64,000 nt of DNA from Saprospiraceae bacterium. GTDB lineage: Bacteria > Bacteroidota > Bacteroidia > Chitinophagales > Saprospiraceae. The notes under the pieces are model-generated. The model had not been told where the DNA came from and did no database searches. It saw only the letters and a program-made list of their open reading frames with translations. The stretch is from positions 3,390 to 67,389 of the forward strand of contig JBBANM010000030.1 of NCBI GenBank assembly GCA_040401995.1. The letters run 5' to 3'. Positions 48,091 through 56,750 of the stretch are shown piece by piece (the stretch's first letter is position 1; each line of letters opens with the position of its first letter). The position numbers were made by a program, and so were the translations under genes.

Positions 48091-49195
48091 TTGGAGCGGG
48101 ATACTTTTAGGGCTAGCGTTGACCGTATTGGCTCTTCCAGCATGGGCTTTTGGCGAATACACCAAAACCATCAAGAAAGAATTTGATATCAACGCCACAG
48201 GTACAACCTACTTGATCAACAAATACGGCAAAACAGATGTGAAAATCTGGGACAAAAACCGGGTAAAGATTTCTGTTACCATCGTTGTTAATGCCTCAAC
48301 AGAAGCTAATGCTCAAACTGTTTTTGATCGCATAAAAATCAATTTTTCAAATGCTGCAGACTACGCCAAAGCGGAAACCAGTATTGAATCTTCTTCTCGG
48401 AGTTGGTTTTCTAACATGACGAACAATGGCAAATCCGACTACCGCATCAATTATGAGGTATACATGCCGGCCACCTGCAATTTGAACGTCAATCAAAAAT
48501 ATGGCGATCTCTATGCTGCCGCTATCACTGGGAAAGCCGATGTGGAAGTAAAATATGGCAATTTCAAATTGGAAGAAGTAGGCGATGATTCAAAAATTGT
48601 TCTCGCTTATGGTCACGGAGCTGTTGTAAAAGGCAAGGACTTGAATCTAGACATTAGCTACGGCGAGCTCAATGTTGGTGAAAGCGCCAATATAACCCTC
48701 GACTCTCATTATTCAACTTTCAACTTGGATAAAATTGGTTCTGTCTCTGGTGATACCAAATACGACAACTTCAACATTGGCAACATGCAAGGGCTAAAAT
48801 TGGATGGCCAATACGATAATTTTAAGATCGGCGAAGCTACTACCGTGGAAATGAATTGTCAGTATACTCAGGTTTCGGTAACTAAGATTTGGAAATCGAT
48901 TGATTTGGATTTGAATTATGGCAGCGCCAAAGTACGCTTGGCAAAAAATGTAAGCAGTGCCAGCATCAACGGTAATTATACCGACGTAAGCGTGACAACA
49001 GAGCCTGGCGCCACCATGCAAATGGAAGTCAACTCTAATTATGCCCCTATCCGTTACCCCAGCGAGTTTGAGGCCACTACGGATTCCAAAAAAGGCTCTA
49101 CTCATTATGTGAAAGGCTTTATGGGTAAATCATCTGGCGGGGTTGTGTTAAAAGCTACCCTCAATTATGGAGGATTTAAGTTGATAAAAGAATAA
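48074..49195 (+). CDS. DUF4097-like beta-strand-repeat (putative adhesin) protein
   Basis: Signal peptide 'ILLGLALTVLALPAWA' from the ATG at 48074. Repeated 'YG.....' beta-strand units. It overlaps the anti-sigma gene by 17 nt. Confidence 0.6.
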   Translation: MKSACNWSGILLGLALTVLALPAWAFGEYTKTIKKEFDINATGTTYLINKYGKTDVKIWDKNRVKISVTIVVNASTEANAQTVFDRIKINFSNAADYAKAETSIESSSRSWFSNMTNNGKSDYRINYEVYMPATCNLNVNQKYGDLYAAAITGKADVEVKYGNFKLEEVGDDSKIVLAYGHGAVVKGKDLNLDISYGELNVGESANITLDSHYSTFNLDKIGSVSGDTKYDNFNIGNMQGLKLDGQYDNFKIGEATTVEMNCQYTQVSVTKIWKSIDLDLNYGSAKVRLAKNVSSASINGNYTDVSVTTEPGATMQMEVNSNYAPIRYPSEFEATTDSKKGSTHYVKGFMGKSSGGVVLKATLNYGGFKLIKE

Positions 49196-49200
49196 TGGAT

Positions 49201-49427
49201 TGCTTTTTGGTTATATTCGTTGCGGATCGTGATTTGTAAAAAATGTAAAAGTTTGGGTCGCTCACATTTCGGCCAAAAAAGGTCAAATTTTAGCCATTCT
49301 TCGCCTCTTTTTTCAGCCGATGCCCTGCATCACCTTCAAAAAGGAGGCTCGACTGCCAAAAATTTGCCTGCTTTTTTGGCTCGAAACCGCTGACCTAAAC
49401 TTTTACTAATGAATATAACCAAAAGCA
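49201..49427. repeat. 227-bp nested palindromic intergenic element (single copy in this window)
   Basis: Outer arms are 'tgctttttggttatattcgtt' (49201-49221) and 'aatgaatataaccaaaagca' (49408-49427). Inner arms are 'gtaaaagtttgggtc' (49245-49259) and 'gacctaaacttttac' (49392-49406). Confidence 0.6.
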
Positions 49428-49433
49428 TACCCT

Positions 49434-50837
49434 ATGACCATTAAATTTTGTGGCGCAGCTAGAGAAGTTACGGGCAGTTGTCATTTAATTACGCTCGATA
49501 GCGGTTTTACTATTCTACTGGATTGTGGTTTGTACCAAGGCCACGATCATGCTTTCGAAGATTTCAATAACAAATGGCTTTTTGACCCTAGCACACTTAA
49601 TTGTTTGGTGTTGTCTCATGCCCACATCGACCATACCGGTCGCATTCCTAAATTGGTAAAAGATGGATTTACCGGTAAGATCCACAGTACTCATGCCACG
49701 CGTAGCCTTTCCAATCTCATGTTGCTTGATAGCGCAATGATCCAAGAACGGGAAGCGCAATATCAAAACCACGACAAATCTGGCCAAAGTGAAGATGAGC
49801 AAAGCGACGCGCCACTTTATACCACCGAAGATGTAAAAAATACGATCGAACTTTTTTCATCCTATCCTTATAATGAATGGTTTCCCATCCACGAGAACGT
49901 GGAGGTACAATTTAGAGATGCCGGCCATATTTTGGGTAGCGCCAATGTAACCCTCCGCATTCAAGAAAATGGCGTTACTAAAATGCTTGGATTCACCGGC
50001 GATATTGGCCGCCCCAATCGCCCCATTCTTCGTGATCCACAACCCATGCCTGAGGTAGAGTTCTTGATCAGCGAATCCACTTATGGCGATCGGGAACATC
50101 AAAGCGCTCCGGAAGAGACGGAACACTTTACCAAAATCATTCTGGACACTTGTGTGGAAAGAAAAGGAAAATTATTGATTCCTGCCTTTAGCGTGGGTCG
50201 CACCCAGGAAATCGTTTTCATACTCGATAAATTGGCATCAGTCGGGAAATTACCCCATATCCCTGTTTACGTAGACAGTCCCCTGGCCGTAAACGCCACC
50301 ATGATTTTTGGATCCCATCCCGAATGTTTTGATGACGACCTATCTTCTTATATCCTTACCGATCCCAATCCTTTTGGTTTTAACGGATTGCATTACATCC
50401 AAAAAGTGGAAGATTCTAAAGCTTTAGCGGAATCACATGTGCCTTGCATCATCATCAGTTCTTCGGGTATGATCAATGCCGGTAGAATCAAACACCATGT
50501 TTTTAACGAGATCGACAAGCCGAACAATACCCTCTTAATCGTTGGCTATTGCTCTCCTGAAACGCCATGTGGCAGACTACGCGAGGGGGCAGATCACATC
50601 AAATTATTTGGCCAAACCAAACAGGTACGCGCCAAAATCGAGACCATGGACTCTTTTTCTGCGCACGGCGACCGAAAGGAAATGCTGGCTTTTTTGCAGA
50701 ATCAAAAAAACAGCGCCAAAAGGATTTTTCTCGTTCACGGAGATTACAAAGTTCAGCAGTCCTATGCTGATCTGCTTCTAAAAGATGGTTTTGCACAGGT
50801 TGATATTCCCACCTTGGGAGAAGAGGTTAAATTGTAA
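49434..50837 (+). CDS. MBL-fold beta-CASP family hydrolase (RNA-metabolising metallo-beta-lactamase type)
   Basis: 467 aa. 'LVLSHAHIDHTGRIP', and later 'SAHGD' (a beta-CASP motif C-like His). Confidence 0.85.
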   Translation: MTIKFCGAAREVTGSCHLITLDSGFTILLDCGLYQGHDHAFEDFNNKWLFDPSTLNCLVLSHAHIDHTGRIPKLVKDGFTGKIHSTHATRSLSNLMLLDSAMIQEREAQYQNHDKSGQSEDEQSDAPLYTTEDVKNTIELFSSYPYNEWFPIHENVEVQFRDAGHILGSANVTLRIQENGVTKMLGFTGDIGRPNRPILRDPQPMPEVEFLISESTYGDREHQSAPEETEHFTKIILDTCVERKGKLLIPAFSVGRTQEIVFILDKLASVGKLPHIPVYVDSPLAVNATMIFGSHPECFDDDLSSYILTDPNPFGFNGLHYIQKVEDSKALAESHVPCIIISSSGMINAGRIKHHVFNEIDKPNNTLLIVGYCSPETPCGRLREGADHIKLFGQTKQVRAKIETMDSFSAHGDRKEMLAFLQNQKNSAKRIFLVHGDYKVQQSYADLLLKDGFAQVDIPTLGEEVKL

Positions 50838-50848
50838 CCCCGATTGCC

Positions 50849-52045
50849 ATGAATCCATATGTTGAAAAATTGTATCGGCTTGCGGGAAAACCATCACGCA
50901 ATATTATCGGGTTGATGTCTGGTACTTCCTTGGATGGACTTGACGTGGCTCTTTGTGAAATTAGGGGATCTGGAAGCGATACTCAGGTTGTGCTTCAGCA
51001 ATTCACCACTGTTCCTTTTGATCCTTTCATCAAAGCAGAAATTCGCAAAGTTTTTGCCCAGCGCCACATTGATTTTCAACACCTTTGCTTGCTGCATCCT
51101 TTTATTGGCAAGGTTCACGGCGAATTGATCAATCGATGTTTGGCAAAATGGAATATACCCGCCGAACAAATCGATTTGGTAGCCAGCCACGGCCAGACGG
51201 TTTTTCATGCTCCAAAAATTCAGCACCAAATCGAGGGCTATGAAAATGCCACGTTACAAATTGGCGATGGCGATCATGTAGCTGTAACCACGGGTATTAT
51301 AACGCTTAGTGATTTTCGGATGCGACACATCGCGGCAGGAGGAGAAGGAGCGCCATTGGCGGTTTACGGGGATTATTTCGTTTTTTCCAAACCTGGCGAG
51401 GATCGTATTCTGCTCAATATGGGCGGCATTGCCAACTTTACATTTCTTGCTGGTGATATGGATGCCAGCAAAGTATTCACTTCGGATACTGGCCCTGGAA
51501 ATACCCTGCTTGATGCCGTGACGCGCCGTTTTTTTCCTGAAAAAGATTATGATGAAGACGGCAAATTGGCATTTGCTGGCGAGGTTTTACCGCAATTGCT
51601 TGCTGCTCTAAAAGATCAAGAGTTTTTTGCAGTACCATTCCCTAAAACTACTGGACCGGAAGTGTTCAATATCGAATTTTTGCAGCGCGCTCAGGCGATC
51701 ACGCATACGCAGGATGCACGCCCGCAAGACCTTCTCCGCACTCTTGTGCAATTAAGTGCTGAAACCATTGCGGCTGGTATACAAGCCACCATAGGCACCA
51801 AACCTACTCAACTCTTTATGAGCGGCGGCGGCATGCACAATCCAGCATTAGTAACATCCCTGCAAAAATTGTTGCCGCAATGTATTTTTAGAAAGACTGA
51901 CGAGTTGGGGATCCCTGGAGATGCCAAAGAAGCTGTATTATTTGCCATTTTAGCCAATGAAACCGTAGCAGGAGGCACTACATCTTTTGGAAATCGACAC
52001 AAAGTCCCTTCCGTATCGATGGGGAAAATATCTTGGCCAGCCTAG
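50849..52045 (+). CDS. anmK: Anhydro-N-acetylmuramic acid kinase
   Basis: 398 aa. 'IIGLMSGTSLDGLDVALCEI', 'NMGGIANFT', 'DTGPGNTLLD'. Confidence 0.9.
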   Translation: MNPYVEKLYRLAGKPSRNIIGLMSGTSLDGLDVALCEIRGSGSDTQVVLQQFTTVPFDPFIKAEIRKVFAQRHIDFQHLCLLHPFIGKVHGELINRCLAKWNIPAEQIDLVASHGQTVFHAPKIQHQIEGYENATLQIGDGDHVAVTTGIITLSDFRMRHIAAGGEGAPLAVYGDYFVFSKPGEDRILLNMGGIANFTFLAGDMDASKVFTSDTGPGNTLLDAVTRRFFPEKDYDEDGKLAFAGEVLPQLLAALKDQEFFAVPFPKTTGPEVFNIEFLQRAQAITHTQDARPQDLLRTLVQLSAETIAAGIQATIGTKPTQLFMSGGGMHNPALVTSLQKLLPQCIFRKTDELGIPGDAKEAVLFAILANETVAGGTTSFGNRHKVPSVSMGKISWPA

Positions 52046-52132
52046 AATGCAAAAAGGATAAACTCAAACGACAATCAGCTTGCCTATTTTGAACTTATCC
52101 TTTTTACATCAATTATAAAAAGTGCTGATCTT

Positions 52133-52867
52133 CTAATCTTTCTTTTCGCTTTGAATACGGTTAAGTACCAATTGCGCTTTGATCAAAAAATCGGAATGGT
52201 GGAACATGTATTCGTTGTGAATCATCATCAAGCGTGCTGCATCATAAGCTGCCGATTTAGGAACAATCTGACGGGCAGCGATAGGGTGGAGCCAATATTC
52301 TAAGTTGTTGGAACGCAAATAAGAACGATCCATTTCGAAATTGGTCACTACCGATAACTTGTTCAAGGAGAAAAGGTAATCCGTTTCCTTGTTCATGTCT
52401 TTCTGCAAGTCGATGATGTTGTATCGGTCGAAGTGTGCACCTGAGCGTTCGCAGAGAAAGATATCCCGGCGACCATCAAAAACGACGACATCCCGAAATT
52501 TGTACTTTTGAAAGTTTTTCAGGAGGAAATTTTTGATTGGCATCTTTGAAGATCGCAGCTTGTTGAATTCTTCTTTCAGCTGATCTTCGTTCAACTTAAA
52601 TTCTTCATCGTATGGACGACGACGGTTGGTGCGTAGATTGATTACTTCCTTACCCCGCCCCATGGTGTGGCCCAGCTCATTGACCTTGGAAAAAACGCTA
52701 ACGATGTCAACGTTGGCCTGGTTCTCCCAGCTTTCCAAGAAAATTTTGTTGCTACCCGTTTCAAAGACCAAAAGCGCTATCTCGCTAATTGCGTAGAAAT
52801 TAGGGTAACCACCGTAGATGTTGCCATACTTTAGTTCTAAAAATGCTATACTTCTGTTCACGGTCAA
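52133..52867 (-). CDS. Hypothetical protein, possibly a degenerate DnaQ/DEDD-like exonuclease fold
   Basis: 244 aa with a TTG (52867) or GTG (52861) start. Motif-like segments are 'IAFLELKYG...AISEIALLVFE', 'VVVFDGRRDIFL' and 'KSAAYDAARLMMI'. Confidence 0.55.
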   Translation of the reverse strand: MTVNRSIAFLELKYGNIYGGYPNFYAISEIALLVFETGSNKIFLESWENQANVDIVSVFSKVNELGHTMGRGKEVINLRTNRRRPYDEEFKLNEDQLKEEFNKLRSSKMPIKNFLLKNFQKYKFRDVVVFDGRRDIFLCERSGAHFDRYNIIDLQKDMNKETDYLFSLNKLSVVTNFEMDRSYLRSNNLEYWLHPIAARQIVPKSAAYDAARLMMIHNEYMFHHSDFLIKAQLVLNRIQSEKKD

Positions 52868-53001
52868 AATAGGTTAATTGGTCTAGTAATGTTTAATCCC
52901 TTTGTTTTGTTTCCTCTGTCGGCTAAAAATAGCTTTTCTCGTGGTAATTTCAACGAAAATACAACAATAACTCATTTTGGAATGCAAAGATAGCATTGCC
53001 G

Positions 53002-54099
53002 TTAAATTAAAAAGTGCCCATTCTCATATATTTTTACCCCATCGGTAAATATTTGACCGCCATTTTTCATGTTGGTGATCATATCCCAATGTACCGCCGA
53101 CTCATTTTTGCCTCCGGTTTGCAAATACGATTGCCCAATGGCCAAGTGCACTGTACCGCCAATTTTTTCATCAAATAAAATGTTTCGAGTCATTTGATTG
53201 ATGTCGTAATTGGTACCGATGGCCGCTTCTCCAAATCTGCGCGTTCCTTCAATGGCAAATACTTGATCTAGGATTTCTTTGCCTCTTTTGGCTTCCCACT
53301 TCTCAATATAGCCATTTTTCACCCATAAAGTAGCTTCTTCTACCTCATGGCCATGATACAAAGCGGGAAAAGAAAAACGCACTACTCCATTGACTGAGTC
53401 CTCTACAGGCGAGGTATAAACTTCACCGGAAGGCATGTTGGTTTGGCCATCAGAGTTGATCCAGGTACGGCCTTGGGTAGAAAAAGTAAGGTCAATTCCA
53501 TCACCCAAATATCTTACTTCTTGGCACTGATTTAAGTGCTTCACAATATGTTCTTGCGATTTGCGCACCTTAATCCAGCTTTCTATGGGGTCGGCATCAT
53601 AAAGTTTACAGGCGCCAAAAACAAATTTTTCATATTCCTCCAGCGACATACCAGCCTCCTGCGCGCTCGCAAGGGTAGGAAACTGGCACAAATTGCGCTT
53701 TAACTCGCGGGTAGCGGTGCGTTGGAAATAGAGGGCGGATAATTTTTTATGCGCAGCTTGAGTGATGCGCGATTTAGCGCTGTCGACCCCGGAGTCGTCT
53801 TTGAGGTTGTAGGGTGCGCGGATGTACAAATAGGCATTGTACGTCTCCATAGCCGTCTTGTAAAGCGGCGAGATGTGCTCCAATTGTGCGCCACTTGACT
53901 CTTGGAAAAAAATACGGTTCTGCTCCCGAAAATCCAATTCAACATCCACCAATGCTCCAGCACGCAAAGCACTGCGGTAAACTTCACGCACCAAGGGCTC
54001 GGCTAGCAAAGTAGATCGGATAAAGAGTTTTTCGCCAGGCCGAAGTTCCATGCAATAATGGGTCAAAAGAGCGGCGTATTTTTCAAGTATTGTGTTCAT
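53002..54099 (-). CDS. M29-family aminopeptidase (AmpS/PepS-like)
   Basis: 365 aa. 'NMPSGEVYTSP', 'GEAAIGTN', 'IGGTVHLAIGQSY', 'HWDMI'. Confidence 0.85.
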   Translation of the reverse strand: MNTILEKYAALLTHYCMELRPGEKLFIRSTLLAEPLVREVYRSALRAGALVDVELDFREQNRIFFQESSGAQLEHISPLYKTAMETYNAYLYIRAPYNLKDDSGVDSAKSRITQAAHKKLSALYFQRTATRELKRNLCQFPTLASAQEAGMSLEEYEKFVFGACKLYDADPIESWIKVRKSQEHIVKHLNQCQEVRYLGDGIDLTFSTQGRTWINSDGQTNMPSGEVYTSPVEDSVNGVVRFSFPALYHGHEVEEATLWVKNGYIEKWEAKRGKEILDQVFAIEGTRRFGEAAIGTNYDINQMTRNILFDEKIGGTVHLAIGQSYLQTGGKNESAVHWDMITNMKNGGQIFTDGVKIYENGHFLI

Positions 54100-54127
54100 T
54101 TTTGGGCCGATTAAATCTCAAAATGTA

Positions 54128-55342
54128 TTACCAGTGCTGCGACTGATAAGGGTAGCGAATATGATATTGTTTTTTGATCAATTGCAAAACCTGACTGCGT
54201 AGTTCGTCAATATTTTCCTTGGTAAGCGCCGAAACAAAAATATTATCATGGTCAAAAAGGTGCTTTAGCGTCCCTTGCAACCCTTCCTCAATTTCAAATT
54301 TAGCTTCCGGTTCTAAAAAGGGATCGTAATAGAGCTCACGGTAACGGTCGATCTTGTTAAAAATAAACAGCGTGGGTTTGTCGTAGGCATTTAGTTCCTG
54401 CAATGTGCTGTTAACGGTGCGAATATGGTCTTCATGCTGGGGGTGCGAAATGTCGACCACATGCAATAAAATGTCGCTTTCCCGCACTTCATCCAGTGTA
54501 GATTTGAAGCTCTCGATCAAATGGTGCGGCAATTTGCGGATAAACCCTACGGTATCGGACAGCAAAAACGGAACCCCTTCCCAAGCTACTTTGCGAACGG
54601 TAGTATCCAGGGTGGCAAAAAGTTTGTTTTCTGCAAAAACATCAGATTTGGTCAACAGATTCATCAAAGTGGACTTGCCCACGTTGGTATAACCCACAAA
54701 CGCCACACGAATCAATTCTCCGCGATTTTTGCGTTGCGTGGTATTTTGAAGGTCAATTTTGTCCAATTTTTTCTTCAAAAACGCAATCTTATCGCGAATG
54801 ATCCGGCGATCCGTTTCGATTTCTTTTTCACCGGGTCCGCGCATCCCGATACCACCTCGCTGACGCTCCAAGTGCGTCCACAAACCACGCAGGCGGGGCA
54901 GTAGGTATTGCATTTGCGCCAATTCTACTTGCGTTTTTGCCTGAGCCGTTTGGGCGCGGGTGGCAAAAATATCCAGAATCAAACTACTGCGGTCAATGAT
55001 CTTGACCTTTAATTCTTCTTCCAGGATATTGGTTTGTTTGCCGGTAAGGTCATCGTCAAAAATGACCATACTTACTTTCGGGTGGGTTCTGACGTATTGC
55101 TGAATTTCTTCCAGTTTCCCTTTTCCGATAAAAGTTTTGGAATCAGGTTGCGCCATTTTTTGTACAAACCGCTTGATGCTTTCGGCGCCTGCTGTTTCGG
55201 CCAAAAACTCCAACTCATCGAGATATTCTTCAATCAGCGCTTCCGATTGTCCCTGCTGAATGATACCCACCAGAACCGCTTGTTCGGGTTCTTGTTTTAT
55301 CCCTGTTTTCTTCTTCTCTCCTAAATTCCAATCGCTTCCCAT
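54128..55342 (-). CDS. hflX: GTPase HflX
   Basis: G1 'VGYTNVGKSTLMN', G3 'DTVGFI', G4 'NKID', plus the N-terminal HflX domain. The ATG at 55342 is preferred over the TTG at 55366. Confidence 0.9.
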   Translation of the reverse strand: MGSDWNLGEKKKTGIKQEPEQAVLVGIIQQGQSEALIEEYLDELEFLAETAGAESIKRFVQKMAQPDSKTFIGKGKLEEIQQYVRTHPKVSMVIFDDDLTGKQTNILEEELKVKIIDRSSLILDIFATRAQTAQAKTQVELAQMQYLLPRLRGLWTHLERQRGGIGMRGPGEKEIETDRRIIRDKIAFLKKKLDKIDLQNTTQRKNRGELIRVAFVGYTNVGKSTLMNLLTKSDVFAENKLFATLDTTVRKVAWEGVPFLLSDTVGFIRKLPHHLIESFKSTLDEVRESDILLHVVDISHPQHEDHIRTVNSTLQELNAYDKPTLFIFNKIDRYRELYYDPFLEPEAKFEIEEGLQGTLKHLFDHDNIFVSALTKENIDELRSQVLQLIKKQYHIRYPYQSQHW

Positions 55343-55372
55343 AAATATTTTTTCGCTACACTTCAATCCTTA

Positions 55373-55402
55373 GGAATAGTTAAGCCATAAAGTATCCATT
55401 CC
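55373..55402. mobile_element. 30-bp internally deleted remnant of the MITE family
   Basis: 'ggaatagttaagccataaagtatccattcc' keeps both termini (compare the copy 5 left end 'ggaacggttaagcagtaaagtatccatt'). It is flanked by 'tta' at 55370-55372 and 'tta' at 55403-55405. Confidence 0.55.
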
Positions 55403-55433
55403 TTACACAATTAACAAAAACAGTTGACGCAGC

Positions 55434-56750
55434 TTAATGTTGCTCCAACCAGCTGGCGGGATTCAATCTTTGTTTTTCCCGCCACACCTCAAAATGAATT
55501 TCGGGTTTTTCCGCACTCACTCGACCAATTTCTTGACGGGCATTGATGGCTTCCCCCCGTTTTACAAAAACCTCCTGCATATTAGAATACACCGTATAAT
55601 ATTGTCCATGCTGGATGATAACGATATGTTGATAACCCGGTATAAATTGTGAACCAGCCACTTTGCCATCACAAACGGCCTTCACTTTCCCTAACCCCTG
55701 CGTACGGATATCAATTCCATTGTTGGTAACTTTAACATCTTTAAACTTGGGATGTTGAAAAGTCCCAAATCCGCGTACCACCTGGCCTTCCAAAGGCCAG
55801 GGAAGGCGACCGCGCTGTCCGGAAAAGGCAACACTTACGCCTGTTTCAGGTTCTAGAGGTTCATTTACCGGGCGGCTAGGAGCAATGTTTTCACTACTTC
55901 GTTCCCTAGTTTTTTCTCTATCTGCTACTACTGGAGTAACCGTTTCTACCGTTCGCGCTTTTTTCTTTTTGGCCGAAATTTCTGTTCGAATCACATTCTC
56001 GATAACCGAATTGAGTTTATTGTGGGCCGTTTCTTGGGTATTCAACTCGTTGAGCAATTTGCGTTCGTCGGTTTTTAAAGCTTTTAGAGTTTTGTTTTTA
56101 TCATCGAGTTCGGTAGTTAAGCCTTTTTTTTTTTGCTCCAAACTGCCCAATAAATTTTCCTTTTCGGCTTTACGAGCATTCAACTGTTTCATTTTTCCCT
56201 TTAAAGCAATCAGGGTTTCGGCAATTAACTTTGCTTGTTTTTTTCGGTAGCGCCCATACTGCCGAATGTATTGCCAGCGGCGCATGGCATCGTTGAGGCT
56301 TTTTGCCGAAAAAAGAAAAACCAAATAGCTTTGGTTCAATTTGTGGCGCAGGGCAACACGAACCATTTGAGCGTACTCCGTTTTGAGCTGTACCACATCA
56401 TCGTTAAGCGATTCAACAACTTCATCCGTTTTTTGAATGCTGGCCTCGGTGAAGTCAATTTCTTGGTGCAGAGTATTGATGAGCTGTTGGCGTCTTTTAA
56501 CTTGACCTTGCAGGGTCAAAAAGACACCGAGCATGGCTTCTTTGTTTTTCCTTGTTTCTTGAAGGCGGGAGTTGGTTTGATCAATCTCGTGAATAAGACT
56601 GCGCCGTCGATCTTCCAAGTCTTTGCGACTTTGGGCAGGAAGCCATGACCCAATACAAAATAGGCCGATCAACAAGATCCAAGCGGGCGGTGTATTATTT
56701 CCCTTTTTTAAATTTAGCCGGAACATCGAAAGGCATTGTCGTTGGAACAT
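55434..56750 (-). CDS. M23 peptidase / murein hydrolase activator (EnvC-like) with N-terminal coiled coil
   Basis: 438 aa. Long coiled coil, then the C-terminal M23 domain 'NNGIDIRT...GYQHIVIIQHGQYYTVYSNM'. An alternative ATG lies at 56726. Confidence 0.85.
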   Translation of the reverse strand: MFQRQCLSMFRLNLKKGNNTPPAWILLIGLFCIGSWLPAQSRKDLEDRRRSLIHEIDQTNSRLQETRKNKEAMLGVFLTLQGQVKRRQQLINTLHQEIDFTEASIQKTDEVVESLNDDVVQLKTEYAQMVRVALRHKLNQSYLVFLFSAKSLNDAMRRWQYIRQYGRYRKKQAKLIAETLIALKGKMKQLNARKAEKENLLGSLEQKKKGLTTELDDKNKTLKALKTDERKLLNELNTQETAHNKLNSVIENVIRTEISAKKKKARTVETVTPVVADREKTRERSSENIAPSRPVNEPLEPETGVSVAFSGQRGRLPWPLEGQVVRGFGTFQHPKFKDVKVTNNGIDIRTQGLGKVKAVCDGKVAGSQFIPGYQHIVIIQHGQYYTVYSNMQEVFVKRGEAINARQEIGRVSAEKPEIHFEVWREKQRLNPASWLEQH

